Source of the DNA: Oikopleura dioica
Taxonomy: Eukaryota > Animalia > Chordata
Length of the DNA stretch: 64,000 nt
Reading direction: 5' to 3'
Assembly (NCBI GenBank): GCA_907165135.1
Contig: OU015567.1
Location: 6,696,001-6,760,000, forward strand
Part shown: positions 1-11,900 of the stretch, piece by piece
Position numbering within the stretch: position 1 is the stretch's first letter
How the letters are laid out: every line of letters starts with the position of its first letter
The notes under the pieces: generated by a model
Told to the model about the DNA's origin: nothing
The model's input: the letters and a program-made list of their open reading frames with translations, nothing else
The model's database searches: none
Position numbers and translations under genes: made by a program

Positions 1-201
1 TTCATTAGTCAATTTGTTGCGGCTATATCCGGTGATGCCCAAGATGGCCAAAATGACAATGTTGACGGCAATAAGGTGCCCAAAATGCCCGTTAATCCAG
101 TAACAGAGGATCTCGTCTATCGTTTTACGAACGCCTTTGGACTCAATGTACCTCTTTATGAATTGTTCGGCTGAGATGGCGAAAAAACTCTTCATCATCA
201 T
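1..201 (-). CDS. Open frame running off the left edge (MMMKSFF...HLIAVNIVILAILGITGYSRNKLTNE); possibly a downstream exon of the ARMC2-like gene
   Basis: Hand translation gives a stop-free 67-codon minus frame preceded by a TTAG acceptor. I could not make it phase-compatible with the donor at 978. Confidence 0.3.
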   Translation of the reverse strand, partial: MMMKSFFAISAEQFIKRYIESKGVRKTIDEILCYWINGHFGHLIAVNIVILAILGITGYSRNKLTNE

Positions 202-486
202 TTTGATTCTAATTTGAAAAGAAGAAAATGGGAAAAAAACCTTTTTCTGTCTTTTAAAATTTTAATTGAAACAAAAACATGGCTATACCAGTCTTGTTAC
301 TTCAAAACTTGAGTTAAAAAAAAGAAAAATAAACTTCATAAAAAGAGTTCTTTGGAACTGACTTTATGAGTGAAAAATAGACAGGAAGAATAAGCCGGGT
401 CCATATTTAATAAAATAGCTTAACTTCCGCCTGGATCCGTATATAATCAAGCTTTATCGAGCGAGGACAACATTGAGAAAAGAAAC

Positions 487-867
487 ATGATCTCGTTTCA
501 AGAGTTTTTTGAGGGGCTAAAGCCTGAGCAAGTTGCTAAGTTTCACAATGCTTTCAGGGATCTCAAAGAAACCTTTGAGATTCTAAATGATGCGCAGAAG
601 GAGTTTTTCGATGCAATGCTTCGTGAGGCTGTCATGGGAGATGACAACGACAGTTACAGTACACATGTTACAGAAGAGGATATTGAAAAAAGATTCAATA
701 AAATACAAAACAATACGATGTCATCGAACTCATTCAGTCAGTTAGAGCGTCGATTTAAAGAGGCCATAAACGAAGCCTATAAGTATTCAGTACCATCAAT
801 CTATGGTGTGCTGTCTCCAAGAGACAAACCTATAGTTTCTGTCAAACATAAAAAAATCGAAATATAA
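487..867 (+). CDS. Unknown 126-aa intronless ORF
   Basis: ORF track; ordinary globular composition, ATG start. No family recognised. Confidence 0.4.
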   Translation: MISFQEFFEGLKPEQVAKFHNAFRDLKETFEILNDAQKEFFDAMLREAVMGDDNDSYSTHVTEEDIEKRFNKIQNNTMSSNSFSQLERRFKEAINEAYKYSVPSIYGVLSPRDKPIVSVKHKKIEI

Positions 868-978
868 TTCAGATTAATCGAATAAAAAAAACAATAAAGA
901 TTAATACAAAAAACTCTCTTTTCCTGTCTATTTTCAATTATTTTACATATTTGAGAAATGTACATAGAAATGACTTAC

Positions 979-2114
979 TTTTGCTTAGCAATCTAGCGAC
1001 AATGAAAGTAATATCTTCAGAATCGGAGAACACGCGCAGGGATTTGAAGCACGATTGGAATAAATTCGGACTTTCTTCAATTGCTTTCGCTGTGGTGTTG
1101 ACATTCAAGAGTTCTCTGAGAACAAGGAGGAGGAATTGAACTCGTCTTTCGTTCCCCTTTTGAAGGAGAAAGGTCCCTTCTGCTTCTAACCGCTCTGTTT
1201 CTAGGAGAATGCGACTGACAGCTCGTTCTATTTGGTTGGGAAGAGAGATCTGACATGCTTCTGCAGCTTGAACTAGACGAGATGGATTAGACATGACGAG
1301 ATCTTTGAGGGAAATTATCAGCATTTCATCCGCTTCGGATATTTTTGAGATCAAACACTCGGCCATTTCGCTGGTTGAAAAGAAGAAATCCGCGTCTCTG
1401 GATAATTTGTAGATTTGAGTTCCATACACGGATAGATTAACTGGGCCCAGTTCGATGCGTTTCATTATTCTGACTATTTCTGCTCGCTGAAGTGGCTAGA
1501 AAAGAGACGGTAAAGACAGAAAAGAGACGAAAAGACACCTTTGATTCGGGGTAAGCAAGCATTGAAGAGCATATTGATAAGATACTTTCTTGATTCTTGG
1601 AAATACTTTTCGGCCTTTCGTCCATTTTTGCTATCAGTTTTGAAGAAAGAGACAATTGGGCGTCAAGAGCTGACTAGAAATCAGGTAAAAATTGGTTCTT
1701 CGAATAAAGCTTACGTTTTTCATTGTCTTGACGAACTGAGTTAGTCCGGTCGAATTTGCTTCTAGGCTACTGACTACTGAAACTGATCGAAGAAGAGAAT
1801 TCTCCGGTGAATCTCTATCTTTAGAGCCGATGGGTTGGAGCCTCGAAGGTCGCGTTTGCAGAGAGCCTGTTTTAGGCCTCCGCTCATTTTGGATGATCCG
1901 AGGAGTTCTTCTTCCAGACAAGCTTTCTAAAGGGAAGGTATAAAGAGAGTCATTTGGAGACATAGAAAAGTCTCTTTCGAATGAAGAGACCTTGTAGATC
2001 TGCAAGATTCGTATGAAGCGGCGTTTCTGGTCTGCTCGTAGACAAGGCTAGTGCTTCTCGTGCTTCGCGCAACACATCAGTCGTCAGCTGACCTCCATAT
2101 CGAGAGTTTTCCAT
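979..2114 (-). CDS. ARMC2: Armadillo-repeat protein, ARMC2-like (multi-exon, 3' part unresolved)
   Basis: N-terminal TTDVLREAREALALSTSRPETP resembles ARMC2 SAEIISEARNALRTVRTQRPFTP; EDITFIVARLLSK resembles KDVCTNIARIFSK (recalled). GT donor at 978. Confidence 0.55.
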
Positions 2115-2233
2115 TCAATACCTATTTTCTAAAGAATGAGGGTCAAAATTTGGATCTTTCAATTACGTATTGCAATCGAAAATTTGACAAGAGACGAAAA
2201 AGGAACTAATTTTTTGGCAGTTGGTAATATAGA

Positions 2234-2530
2234 TTATTTTTCAATGAAAGGCTTGAGAACATTTTGAGGTGGAATGATATCTTTTGTGAAAGAAATTGAA
2301 TGTTTCAACTGCATCAAGCTGAAGTCATGGAAAGCATTGGAGAGGGTCTTTTGGATAAGATCGTTCCATGTTCGGATAGAAAGTTGCAGGAAGACTTCCT
2401 TTGTTACTTCGCACACGTAATCAACAATGTGAATAAGCTCAGGGTGCTTCTTGACCTTCAGTTCCTTTTTCAAGCGAGCTTTTCGAAGTCGATCTGATTG
2501 CGACTTTTTCCATGCCGGCACTCTGCCCAT
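2234..2530 (-). CDS. Small basic protein, tandem paralog A (98 aa)
   Basis: Aligns without gaps to 2617-2925 over ~70 aa (HPEL..IVDY.CE.TKE.FLQLS.RTWN.LIQKT). Confidence 0.65.
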   Translation of the reverse strand: MGRVPAWKKSQSDRLRKARLKKELKVKKHPELIHIVDYVCEVTKEVFLQLSIRTWNDLIQKTLSNAFHDFSLMQLKHSISFTKDIIPPQNVLKPFIEK

Positions 2531-2616
2531 ATTGACTCTAAGATTTTTTATTTAAGAAAAGAGTCTTTTCAAAGGACAAAAAATAATAAATATGAACACA
2601 AAATGGCAGTAGGCGA

Positions 2617-2925
2617 CTATTTTTCTTCAATATGTGGCTTGAGAACATTTTGAGATGCCGAGACATCTTTTGTAAAAGAATGCGCATTTTTCAATTCCAT
2701 CAGACTTATTTCAGTTAAAGAATTGGAGATGGTCTTCTGGATGAGCTCGTTCCATGTTCTGACGGACAGTTGCAAGAATATTTCCTTTGTTTCCTCGCAT
2801 TCGTAATCAACGATATAAAAAAGTTCCGGGTGGTTCTGCCGTTTCAATCGAGATCTTTCGGCCATCATAAGAAGCTGCTGTCTTTGAGCTCTTTTAAAAC
2901 CCCGCTTGTTCTTTTTACTGCCCAT
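2617..2925 (-). CDS. Small basic protein, tandem paralog B (102 aa)
   Basis: Paralog of 2234-2530, both frames open, roughly 60% identical by eye in the shared core. Confidence 0.65.
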   Translation of the reverse strand: MGSKKNKRGFKRAQRQQLLMMAERSRLKRQNHPELFYIVDYECEETKEIFLQLSVRTWNELIQKTISNSLTEISLMELKNAHSFTKDVSASQNVLKPHIEEK

Positions 2926-3251
2926 TCTGAAAGCTTTCCGTTGAAAAATTAGAACTTTCTTATGTTAAATGTATTTAGTCTTATTGCATCGATAGAATAT
3001 TTAATCTTGTAACTTAGAAGATAGTTAAAACAGGCTGGAGACAATGGAATGATAAGTTAGTACTTATTCCATGAAATGTATTGGTAGGAGCCTTGGTAGT
3101 ATGTTAGCATTTGCACAGAATGATGATGTTTTTTGTGTTCAAATGTCAAGTTTTGGCAAGAGAGCAGTTAATCTTTCTAAAAAAGAATCGCTGAGAAGCG
3201 GACCAGGAATTTTCGTTTAGCAACAATGGAACTTGGCAGGTCGCTGAAATT

Positions 3252-4543
3252 CTACAACTCGTCTTTGATGTGCCTCAACTGGCCGCCAAATTCAGTGACG
3301 TCGCTGTCGATAAAGGTTTGGAATCCTTCAAGCATCTCGTGGATGGTGATGAGATTGTCTTCGTCGCTGTCGACGGAGTCGAAGATGTGGTCGGACTCTT
3401 CAATAGCGATGGCGATGTTGTCTTTTTACAGTGTCACTTTTATTTTTTTAATATTGGAATACATCATTTTAAGGGATCCGAAAAAAGTGCGCGTATTGTT
3501 ACATTTTATCATACTAATCTTCGTAGAGCCCTATCAAGTATTAAATACGGCATTTATGGAACGGTGACCTCGTTAATCAGTGACCCCATTCCTGGACCGA
3601 GCCAATATTTCAACTCGTCTCCCGCGATGAAACCATCTCCGTCGAGATCCAAATCCTCCTGAAATCTCTGTTCTTCTTGGTCAGTAAACTCCTCTCCGTA
3701 ATGCTCAAGATTGCTGCCAGGATCCTCTCGGAAGTCGCTCATGTATTCTTCGAACGAGATCTTTTTGTCTTTGTTCTTGTCTGCGCTGCGGAGAGCCCAT
3801 TCAATTGCTAAATCGAGAAGATCTTTCGATTGAAGAGGATTTTTAAATCGTTTGTATTCGACAAGGGTGAGTTTCCCGTCTCGGTCGTTATCTGCTGCTT
3901 GGAATCGAGCCTTCAAAAGATGGTAAAATAGACCCGAAAGAAATGCCTACCTGATCTCTTGAGTACATATGGTTAAACTCCACTCCCGTATCAGTATCCA
4001 TCGCCAGTATATTCGCTTCATCATCGGGAGACAGCCCATAAAATTCCTCAACGAATTCCGACCATGTTACCTGATAATTCGCGTCGACATCAGCCTAAAA
4101 AGTAAGTAACCAAGCCTATTTCTGTTTAAAGAATACCTCAACGAATTCAGCTTCTGCTTCTTGTTCGTCCATGTTGAAAAGCGCCTTGTAAGTATGGTCG
4201 ACGACTTCATCGCGGTCGAGATTTCCATCTCTGAAAAGTATGAATAGAGGTTGAAAACAAAGTTAGATTATTACTTGTTGGAATCAATGCGATCGAATAT
4301 CTTCGTAAGTCGATTTTTCATTTGATCTTCGCTGAGTTCTTCCCAGGCGTCCCACTCCTCCTAAAATAAAAACACTTTCATTCTGGCGACTAGAAATGGT
4401 CTTACCCCATCTTCATTGAAGGTAAAAATATCATCATCAAACTGTTTGCGTTCATCCTCGTCCATTTCCTCCAAGTCATCAACTTTATGAGGCACTTTTG
4501 CAAGAACAACACTGCATGACAACAAAGTAACTGCTAGCTTCAT
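3252..4543 (-). CDS. RCN2: CREC-family ER Ca2+-binding EF-hand protein (reticulocalbin-2/ERC-55-like)
   Basis: Signal peptide MKLAVTLLSCSVVLA; EF-hand loops (DNDRDGKLT, DKNKDKKIS, DLDGDGFIA, DSDEDNLIT); last exon ends ...TEFGGQLRHIKDEL*. Family is secure, RCN2 orthology less so. Confidence 0.8.
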
Positions 4544-4888
4544 CGTCTGAATTTCATGGTTCATTCGTTAGTTGTGTTAATTTATAATGAATATTATTGA
4601 ATAAGTATTGAAAAAGTTGCGTGTGCAGAGTGTGGGTTTTTGCAGATGATTGGTTCGAAGTATTAGGTTGAAGAAGCTTAAAGCTAATGCTGCTTTGAAG
4701 AGTGGAGGAAAACCGGATCTTGGATAGGAGGAATGGGCCCTCCTCAAATCCCCCTTGAATCCTGCTGCGAAAAGCTAAAGAGAACTGATGCCTACTTGGA
4801 AATCGACAAATACGTTTTTATTATTCGTAAGCTATTTTATTGGACGTTGTTTTTTGAACTCGTAAACATATTTTTGTTTTCAAATTTG

Positions 4889-6254
4889 TCAATCCGTCTT
4901 TGTTGGAATGATTTTGAAGACTCGGATATTCAGATAGGTAGCCAGGGCGTGCACCTAAAAAGGGTTGAAAGAAGGGAGAGGAGATTTGGTACTTACGACG
5001 CCGCAACCGTAGTGTATGTGCATAACAAGACAGATTCCAAAAGTGATCGTCCAAATAGGTCGAGCGAGGTAAACCATCGGCAGTACGAGCGAAGTTGATG
5101 CGATTCCAGCGAGTAGGGGTACGAACAGCGGCGTGATTATTTCAGCACGAGTGTTTGACATTTGACAGACAATAAGTCGGCACTAAATTCAGGTAGTCTC
5201 AATGAAATTCATGTTGGGTTGCTTCTTACCGCGATATTGGCGAAGATGATGCCTGAAAATCCAAGAACAAGGCGAGGGCACTGGCCAATTATGTCATAAT
5301 TGGTTAGGTTGTACGCCCATGGAAGGATCAAAACAGCGGCAATGAGTAGAGACGCTAGAATTAAATAGAATAGAAGTCATTATCAAACTTCTTACCCCAG
5401 GGTCGGAAGCACTCGTAGAGCGTTTTTTGCTTGCAAGTGCCTTTTCTCCAGACAAACAGCACGTTTCTGATGCACATCAAGACGGAGAATATCGTTCCCA
5501 AATAGAAAATAACCTGAGAAAGCATGATAAGTTATCATTGATTGATTATGAGTACCTTGAACATGCTGATGATAGTCATGCTTCCAACAATCGGTGCACC
5601 GAGAAATTTCGTCCCAATGAAACCAGAAATAATATAAATGCCGAAGAACGTCACCATCGATACATCATACGCCCAGGGGAGGTACAAAAGTCCAGTATTG
5701 TACTTTTCCCAGTGGGAGCACATGAAGTTGAACATCGAAAGCCAAAGGATGATCATTCGATCATTGCTTGTAAACAAGTCTCCGACGGCTAGAATTGTTG
5801 TCTTTACTACTAGCGACAAGACAAGTAGCTTACCTGTGTAAATATTGAGCACAAAGAGCGAGGTCGACCACGCATCAAGGCCGTGATCGAAAAGTTCGCC
5901 CAAAGGACCGCTAGAACCTGTCCTCCTCGCTTGTTTTCCATCAATCCCGTCGAGCGTATGCGCCATGAAATGAGCAAACGCGCCGTAGAACCAAACCCAC
6001 GAGTCGATTTCGTTGTGGATCCCGCCCTTGAGGAACATCGGGTCGACATGGGAGAACAGAAGCGTCTGGGAGACAAGGAAGAGAAAGCCAGTCAAGGTTA
6101 GAAGATTGGGAGCGATCCAGCGAGGGAATAGTTTCACAGTCGCGTTCCAAAATGGATGCATAACATAATTTGATAGCGGCGACGTATCTTTATTCGAACA
6201 CTTAAAAAAAAGAGTTTTCTTTTTCCTTACCTTTGCTTGAATATTTGTAGCCAT
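4889..6254 (-). CDS. SELENOI: Ethanolamine phosphotransferase 1 (SELENOI/EPT1 ortholog, CDP-alcohol phosphotransferase)
   Basis: Catalytic motif DGIDGKQARRTGSSGPLGELFDHGLD, plus EPT1-type segments DTSPLSNYVMHPFWN, SHWEKYNTG.L.LPW.YD and HIHYG. Confidence 0.85.
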
Positions 6255-6635
6255 CGAAGCCCTCGAGCTGCTCCGGCGTTATGTAGGCAAAGCCCATTCC
6301 TTTTTCCCTTCTTTTTCTACTTCTTCTCTCTTTCTATCTGCACATACACGCACGCACTCAACTTGTTTCTAAAAGAGGAACAGTTTGATAAAAATATTGA
6401 CGTTGTTCGTCGTCTAGAATCGTTTTTTTCTCCAACGCAAACAAACTAGTTTTTTCGTTATACAAATAGTAGGTAAATACAACACAGTAAGAAAAGGGAA
6501 AAATGGGAACGGACTTACTGGTTAAAAATTGCACGGAGCACAGAAATGAAGAAATGACGGTGACTGGATAAACTTTTGAAGAAACTTGTAAATATAAATG
6601 AGAAAATTGGAAAAAATGCTGAACAGTACGACTTC

Positions 6636-8761
6636 TTAGACAGTTTGTGGCGATGTGGAAGGGTTTGATTGGACTATTTGGGATAAGAAAAGACGGGAGT
6701 TCAGCATCGATGAGCCGCCAATAGTTATCCGCGAGTTGCCTAATGAAACGCTTTTTTTAATTGAAAATGGGGTTATTATTTTACCTGCGAGCTCCTTATT
6801 CAATTTATAAATATGAAAAGACTCCTCGTACGTCACTCCTCCAATGATAAAGCAAATCACATCGCGCGACTGAAACATAAGCAATAAAGAAATTCTCAAT
6901 AGTTACCGATGCTGCCTGAGGATTGGGCCCGTAACTTTTCAAGCGATTATCCGGGCGACCTTTGGCGACGTTTTCCAAAATGTCACGAAAGGGGGGAACA
7001 TGCTGCGTGTAAATATTCTCAACGCCTTGGACGCCACGGAAGAGCTTTTTCGCAGCGCCCAGGACTTTCTCACTGGATGACTCGCCGATCTGAATTTTGG
7101 TTATTCATTTATTCAAAACAGGCCGTATTGGAAATTAACAATTCAGTATCGAATATACCATGCTCGTAAGGTTAGTAACGCACCTGTATGCCCGAAGAAT
7201 AGTCCCTTATTCCTCTGATGTTAGAATCAAACTCCGTCCTGTTGATTTGTTTTGCTTGGCAAGCAGAGGCAGAAAGGCTTCTCAAAGTTTGCTCGTTAGC
7301 TGAGCCGAATTTCAGCGCAAAAAGAGCGACAACTCGTAAAATGGCGCTGGCATTTACATCTTTATCCTCGATCAGGTCTCGTATGCCTACAAAAGAGGAT
7401 CATCCCAAAAGCACTTGGAAATGCTCTTACTTTGAGTAATTTCTGCTAGATCATCCGAAGCGCAGATATTTTGCTCTACTTCTGATACTTGCAGCAACTT
7501 GTGTCTTCCCACCCGCTTTGAAAGCTCCTCAACTATCAAAAGATAACTTACTGTAACAGAACTTACTACATCTAATAAGGGACCCTCATTTGAGGTTCGA
7601 GTTACTTACAAGTCTTTATCCCAAAATACAGTATTGCTTACCTAATACAACATGCTTGTTGACTGTCCCTGACTGTTTCTTGAACGCTGGATAGTTCTCG
7701 ACAAAAGTCTTCATATCTTGAATCGAGTCAACTTTCTGATTGATCTGTTTTTGTCTGGTAAAGTCTTCGACCATCTTCTTGATGTTCTGCCCGATCTCGC
7801 CAAAGTTCAAATACAAATTGTTCGCGTAAAAGTCGTCGCTATCCGCGGTGATCATAATTTTCTGCAGTTCTTTTGGAACCCCACTGATTCCAGTCAAATC
7901 AATGCAATTATTTGTCAAGGTCAGAATTTCGTGCAACATCGCCTCATACGTCCATTGCATAAGCAGGGGCTAAACAAACAACTGTGGAAATAACGAAAGA
8001 AAGTTAGTACCGTGGCAGCATCATCACGGCGATCGAGAATGACCAGAGTTACGTCATTTTTTCCTGCTTGTTGAAAGAGCTCCCGTTCGCGGGAAACGTT
8101 CGATGTTAGACGCTCGCAGACTCGGAGACAGTTATTCGAGGATTTTGAGTATTTGATGGCGGTTGGGTAGCGACGGATGGAAAGTAAGAGAGCCATCAAT
8201 CCATCTGAAATTTGCTTAGGCGACTTGCTCGCTTCCGATTTTACCTGTAATTCGACGAAGATCGATTTCTCCAATTTGAGAAGAGCTCATTTTCGCCACT
8301 GGAATGTTGTAAAGATGAGCACCGTACGGCTGGTAATCGGCGAAAATCTCTTGAACCGTGTGGACAACTTCATTTGAATCTGCTTCAGCGAGTTCTTTCA
8401 GGTTCTGACGGTCGATGGTCGAGGAGAAGAAGATGTGATAGTTCCTATTTTAGATGAAACGCTGATTGTAAAAATGGACATACTTATATGCAGGGGATCT
8501 GAGTTCTTTAATCAAAAGTCCAAAGTTTTCTTGCGTCGGTCGAACGAACACAATCGCCACCACCTGACTCATATTTGAACGGGCACTTCCATCGAGTCGC
8601 TCAAAAAGATAGACTTCATGTTTCAACAAGTCCGACTGACTGAAGGCCATGGAAACGATTTTAGTTGTTTCAGCATCGAGAATGAGCGTTTTGATTTGAT
8701 CCTTTCCCGATTTTTCGATGAGGGAAAGGATGTACTCCCGCACGGCTTTTAGGCAATCCAT
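6636..8761 (-). CDS. VPS45: Vacuolar protein sorting 45 (Sec1/Munc18 family), multi-exon
   Basis: KTLILDAETTKIVSMAFSQSDLLKHEVYLFERLD, QWTYEAMLHE, YLNFGEIGQNIK, SIQDMKTFVENYP.FKKQSGTVNKHV and FIIGGVTYEE match VPS45. Confidence 0.92.
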
Positions 8762-8941
8762 TGAGACTATTACGCCGATTTCTTAAATATCAATATTTGA
8801 AAATGAAAGTCACGTTGATTATTTTATTCGAATTTTAACAGAAAATGTAGGTAACAGAAAACGAAAGATTGAACTGCAGTAGAGCATGATTTTTTAAAAT
8901 AAATATCGAAAAAGTTAAATAGATGATTGATAAGAGGATTA

Positions 8942-11900
8942 TTACTTGTGCATTTGCGAAGCAAAATCGATAAGTGTAGCAGTGGACCAGGCCTGAATCG
9001 GACACGATCCAGGGCAATCGGCTCCATTCTCATTCTGCAACTCTGGAAGTCCCATCCAAGGCGATGCGAAAATATGATCGTCGTGAGCAGCAAGAGCTTC
9101 GTTGCCAAAATTTAGGCCGAATTTCTCTCCCGCGCGAAGAAAGTATCCAAGTGGCCAAACCCAGGACGGTCCATTATGATAATTGGCGCCTTTGGCGGTC
9201 GAAGGGTCGAGTGAGTCGTCGGAGAAATAACTTGGTCGGTAGTTGTCGTCTTCGGGAGATAAAGTTCGGAGACCAAGGCCGCTTTTAAGCTTTTCGTGGA
9301 CGGTAGAGAGGGCGACAATGGCATTTTCCGGGGAAACAAGAGCTGGAGCAACGGCTAGGGCTGATAAAGGGTATCAGATGTTCTCAAGAATGTATTTAAG
9401 AGGGGGGTCGTCAATATGGATTTTCGGGGGAGATGAAAATCTTACTTCTACATATAGTGTGCATATGAATAATATATTTTTGGAATCTACAGATCCTGAC
9501 GAGTCTGTTGAGACTAAAATTATTTAATAAAAAAAAGTTTCAGGGGGTAAAATCGATGAATTTTTGAAAAAAAATGACCGTTTTTGGTGAATTTTCGCGA
9601 AATGGCTCTACTTTGGCGGCATTTTTAACCGATTTTTTCTGACCAATATTTTTTCTCGTTTGCGCCGGTCGAATTTTACAACCCTTTTCTTTCCACCTTA
9701 CAATTTTATTTTTTTCTATCCTATCAGGTTTTCCCGCATTTTTTGGTCAAGAGCAACCCCGATATTGACGACCTCCCCTTAAAAAAGGAATCGGTACCGT
9801 TCCTATGGGAAAGTTGCATCGTAGTTGACTGTCTGCTCCAGGAACAGAGCTTTGGTAAGTATCACCATAGAACGAGTCAGAAACGCCAAACTGGATGAAG
9901 AAACATTTCTCAAAATTGTTCCTAATTCTATTCGCCCAGTCAAACCAAGTCATCATAGCACCATCGCATTCAACACCAGCGTGTGGATAAAGCCCATCCT
10001 CGTGCATTTTATGGAGCCACGCAACGACGGCAAAACAAAGTCCGACAATTTCAACCGGAGCTCCATCCCTTGGTGTCGAAGGATACCCTCGGTTTCCAGC
10101 GAGATCGGACTCGCCCATTTTATCCATCCAAGTGCCACAATTCCAGCGATTTCCGCCCATTGGAAAGCCGGTTTTTCTATCGACTTTTGTTCGAACATGA
10201 AACCCTTCTTGTTTCATTTGCATGTCAATTTGCGGACCAGCATTTCTCTCCACGAAATCGATCCCGTCCACATGTCGCTGAAGTATTTGTTGGACCAGTT
10301 CTTGGACCTCGAATTCCGGACCGTTTTCAAGGTCTAATGGAGCATCATCATCAGCGTAGCAAAGCCGGACTTTTCTGGTGAGAATATCGGTCAGTCCAGC
10401 ATTGAAAATGTCCTTGATCGAATGAAGCCAGAACCATGTTGCATCGCGACAGTTGTATCGAGAAACTTTCCCTTCTCCAAGAAGATTTGGAATGAGACCG
10501 TGCCGGAGAGTCGTACCAAAAGCTTTGATCACTTCCCAGGCTTCTTCCAAGCGACCAGTAACAATCAGCGTTCCTTTCAGGGCGATAAGAGAGTCTCTTC
10601 CCCAGCATCGCCAAATTCCTTCTGCGAAATGAGGAAGCCCAGCGGCCATGGAGCATTTCTTCTCGCCTTTGTCAATAGGATACGTGGCTCCGCGAACATT
10701 TCCATGAATAGCAACAGTAGCGATTGAGGAATATCTTGTGAATCGCGTTTCGCGAATCCACTCCGGAAATCGTCCAAGAACTTCATCAAAGAGTGCTTCA
10801 GTTATGTTCTGGAGGAATTTTAGATGGATTTTCGGCACGAATGCTTTTGGGACAATCCGCAGTGGTTCAAAAAGCTCATGCAGATGATTCTTGAGTGCTT
10901 GATTGTCGATTCTATTGATCAAGTAGTCGACAAGCCAAGTTCCTTCGCTCATGTTTTGCGCTAGTGGCTTCCAATCGCTTGGAATCGACTGCGATTGCTC
11001 GAGTAAGAACTGATAGAGTCCGGCAAAGCCAGCGTAGGGGAATTCTCCATGACCAGGAAGATTGTAAACGCCGTGTTGTTCTCCCTTGTTGGACATTTCT
11101 TCTTTCTTGCAGCTGAAAAGGATTTGATTCAAGTCAAGAAGCGTGAGTTGATCAAGAACTTCTTGGCTTACTGACGGAGAGTTAGCCAAGTTGCTGCATT
11201 TCGAAAGCTTCTCAGTTTCCTCGGAAGGCACTCGTCCTGTTAGAACTATCACGGCTCCAGCTGCTAGCGTGATGGAATAAGAGCAGGGAGAGGTTTTTTC
11301 AATAAATGAACAGGTTTCCAGATCGACATTTTCTTCAGTGAAGTATTCGGCAGAGAGGCCATTGATGATCTCCTCATCATTTGTGAAATTTTCGTCTTTG
11401 AAGGTTAGTCTTGAATGGAGGCGGACCTTGATGTTTTCCAGAGTCGTGTTAAGGGTGATTGTTTGAGAAGAAAGTGGCGAGTTCTTGTCGTAGATATTTC
11501 CTGAAACTAGAATATACTCGCGCCTGTTTTCTGGGTCCCGTCGAGTGATAACGCAGGCATTTTCTCTGCATTCTAGGTTGATTAAATTTGCACCAGAGCT
11601 GCTCATTTCTTTGCGAATATCGTTGAGCGCTCGACGCGGAAAGTTTGAAGAGGATTTGGTCGAGTATCTTCTTGTTTCGTTGACGATATTGACATGCTTT
11701 GGAACTAATTGATCGTAGAAGTAATTGGAACCGACTGGGCTGGCGGAAAAGGAAGCGATAGCAGCTGTCGTGAGGAATGACTCGATCGGACGACTTTCGT
11801 ATAAGCTCGGGTTGTCGTGAGATGCATCCATTAGGAGACCAGGAGCGAGCTTTGAGATTTCACGGGTGGATTCCAGCGATGCAATTGGCATGCCGCAGAA

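Noticed and set aside
4565-4888. SECIS element for SELENOI
   Set aside because: No ATGA or GTGA core on the coding strand by eye, and a poly(A) signal lies ~45 nt after the UGA. A non-canonical SECIS cannot be excluded without software.
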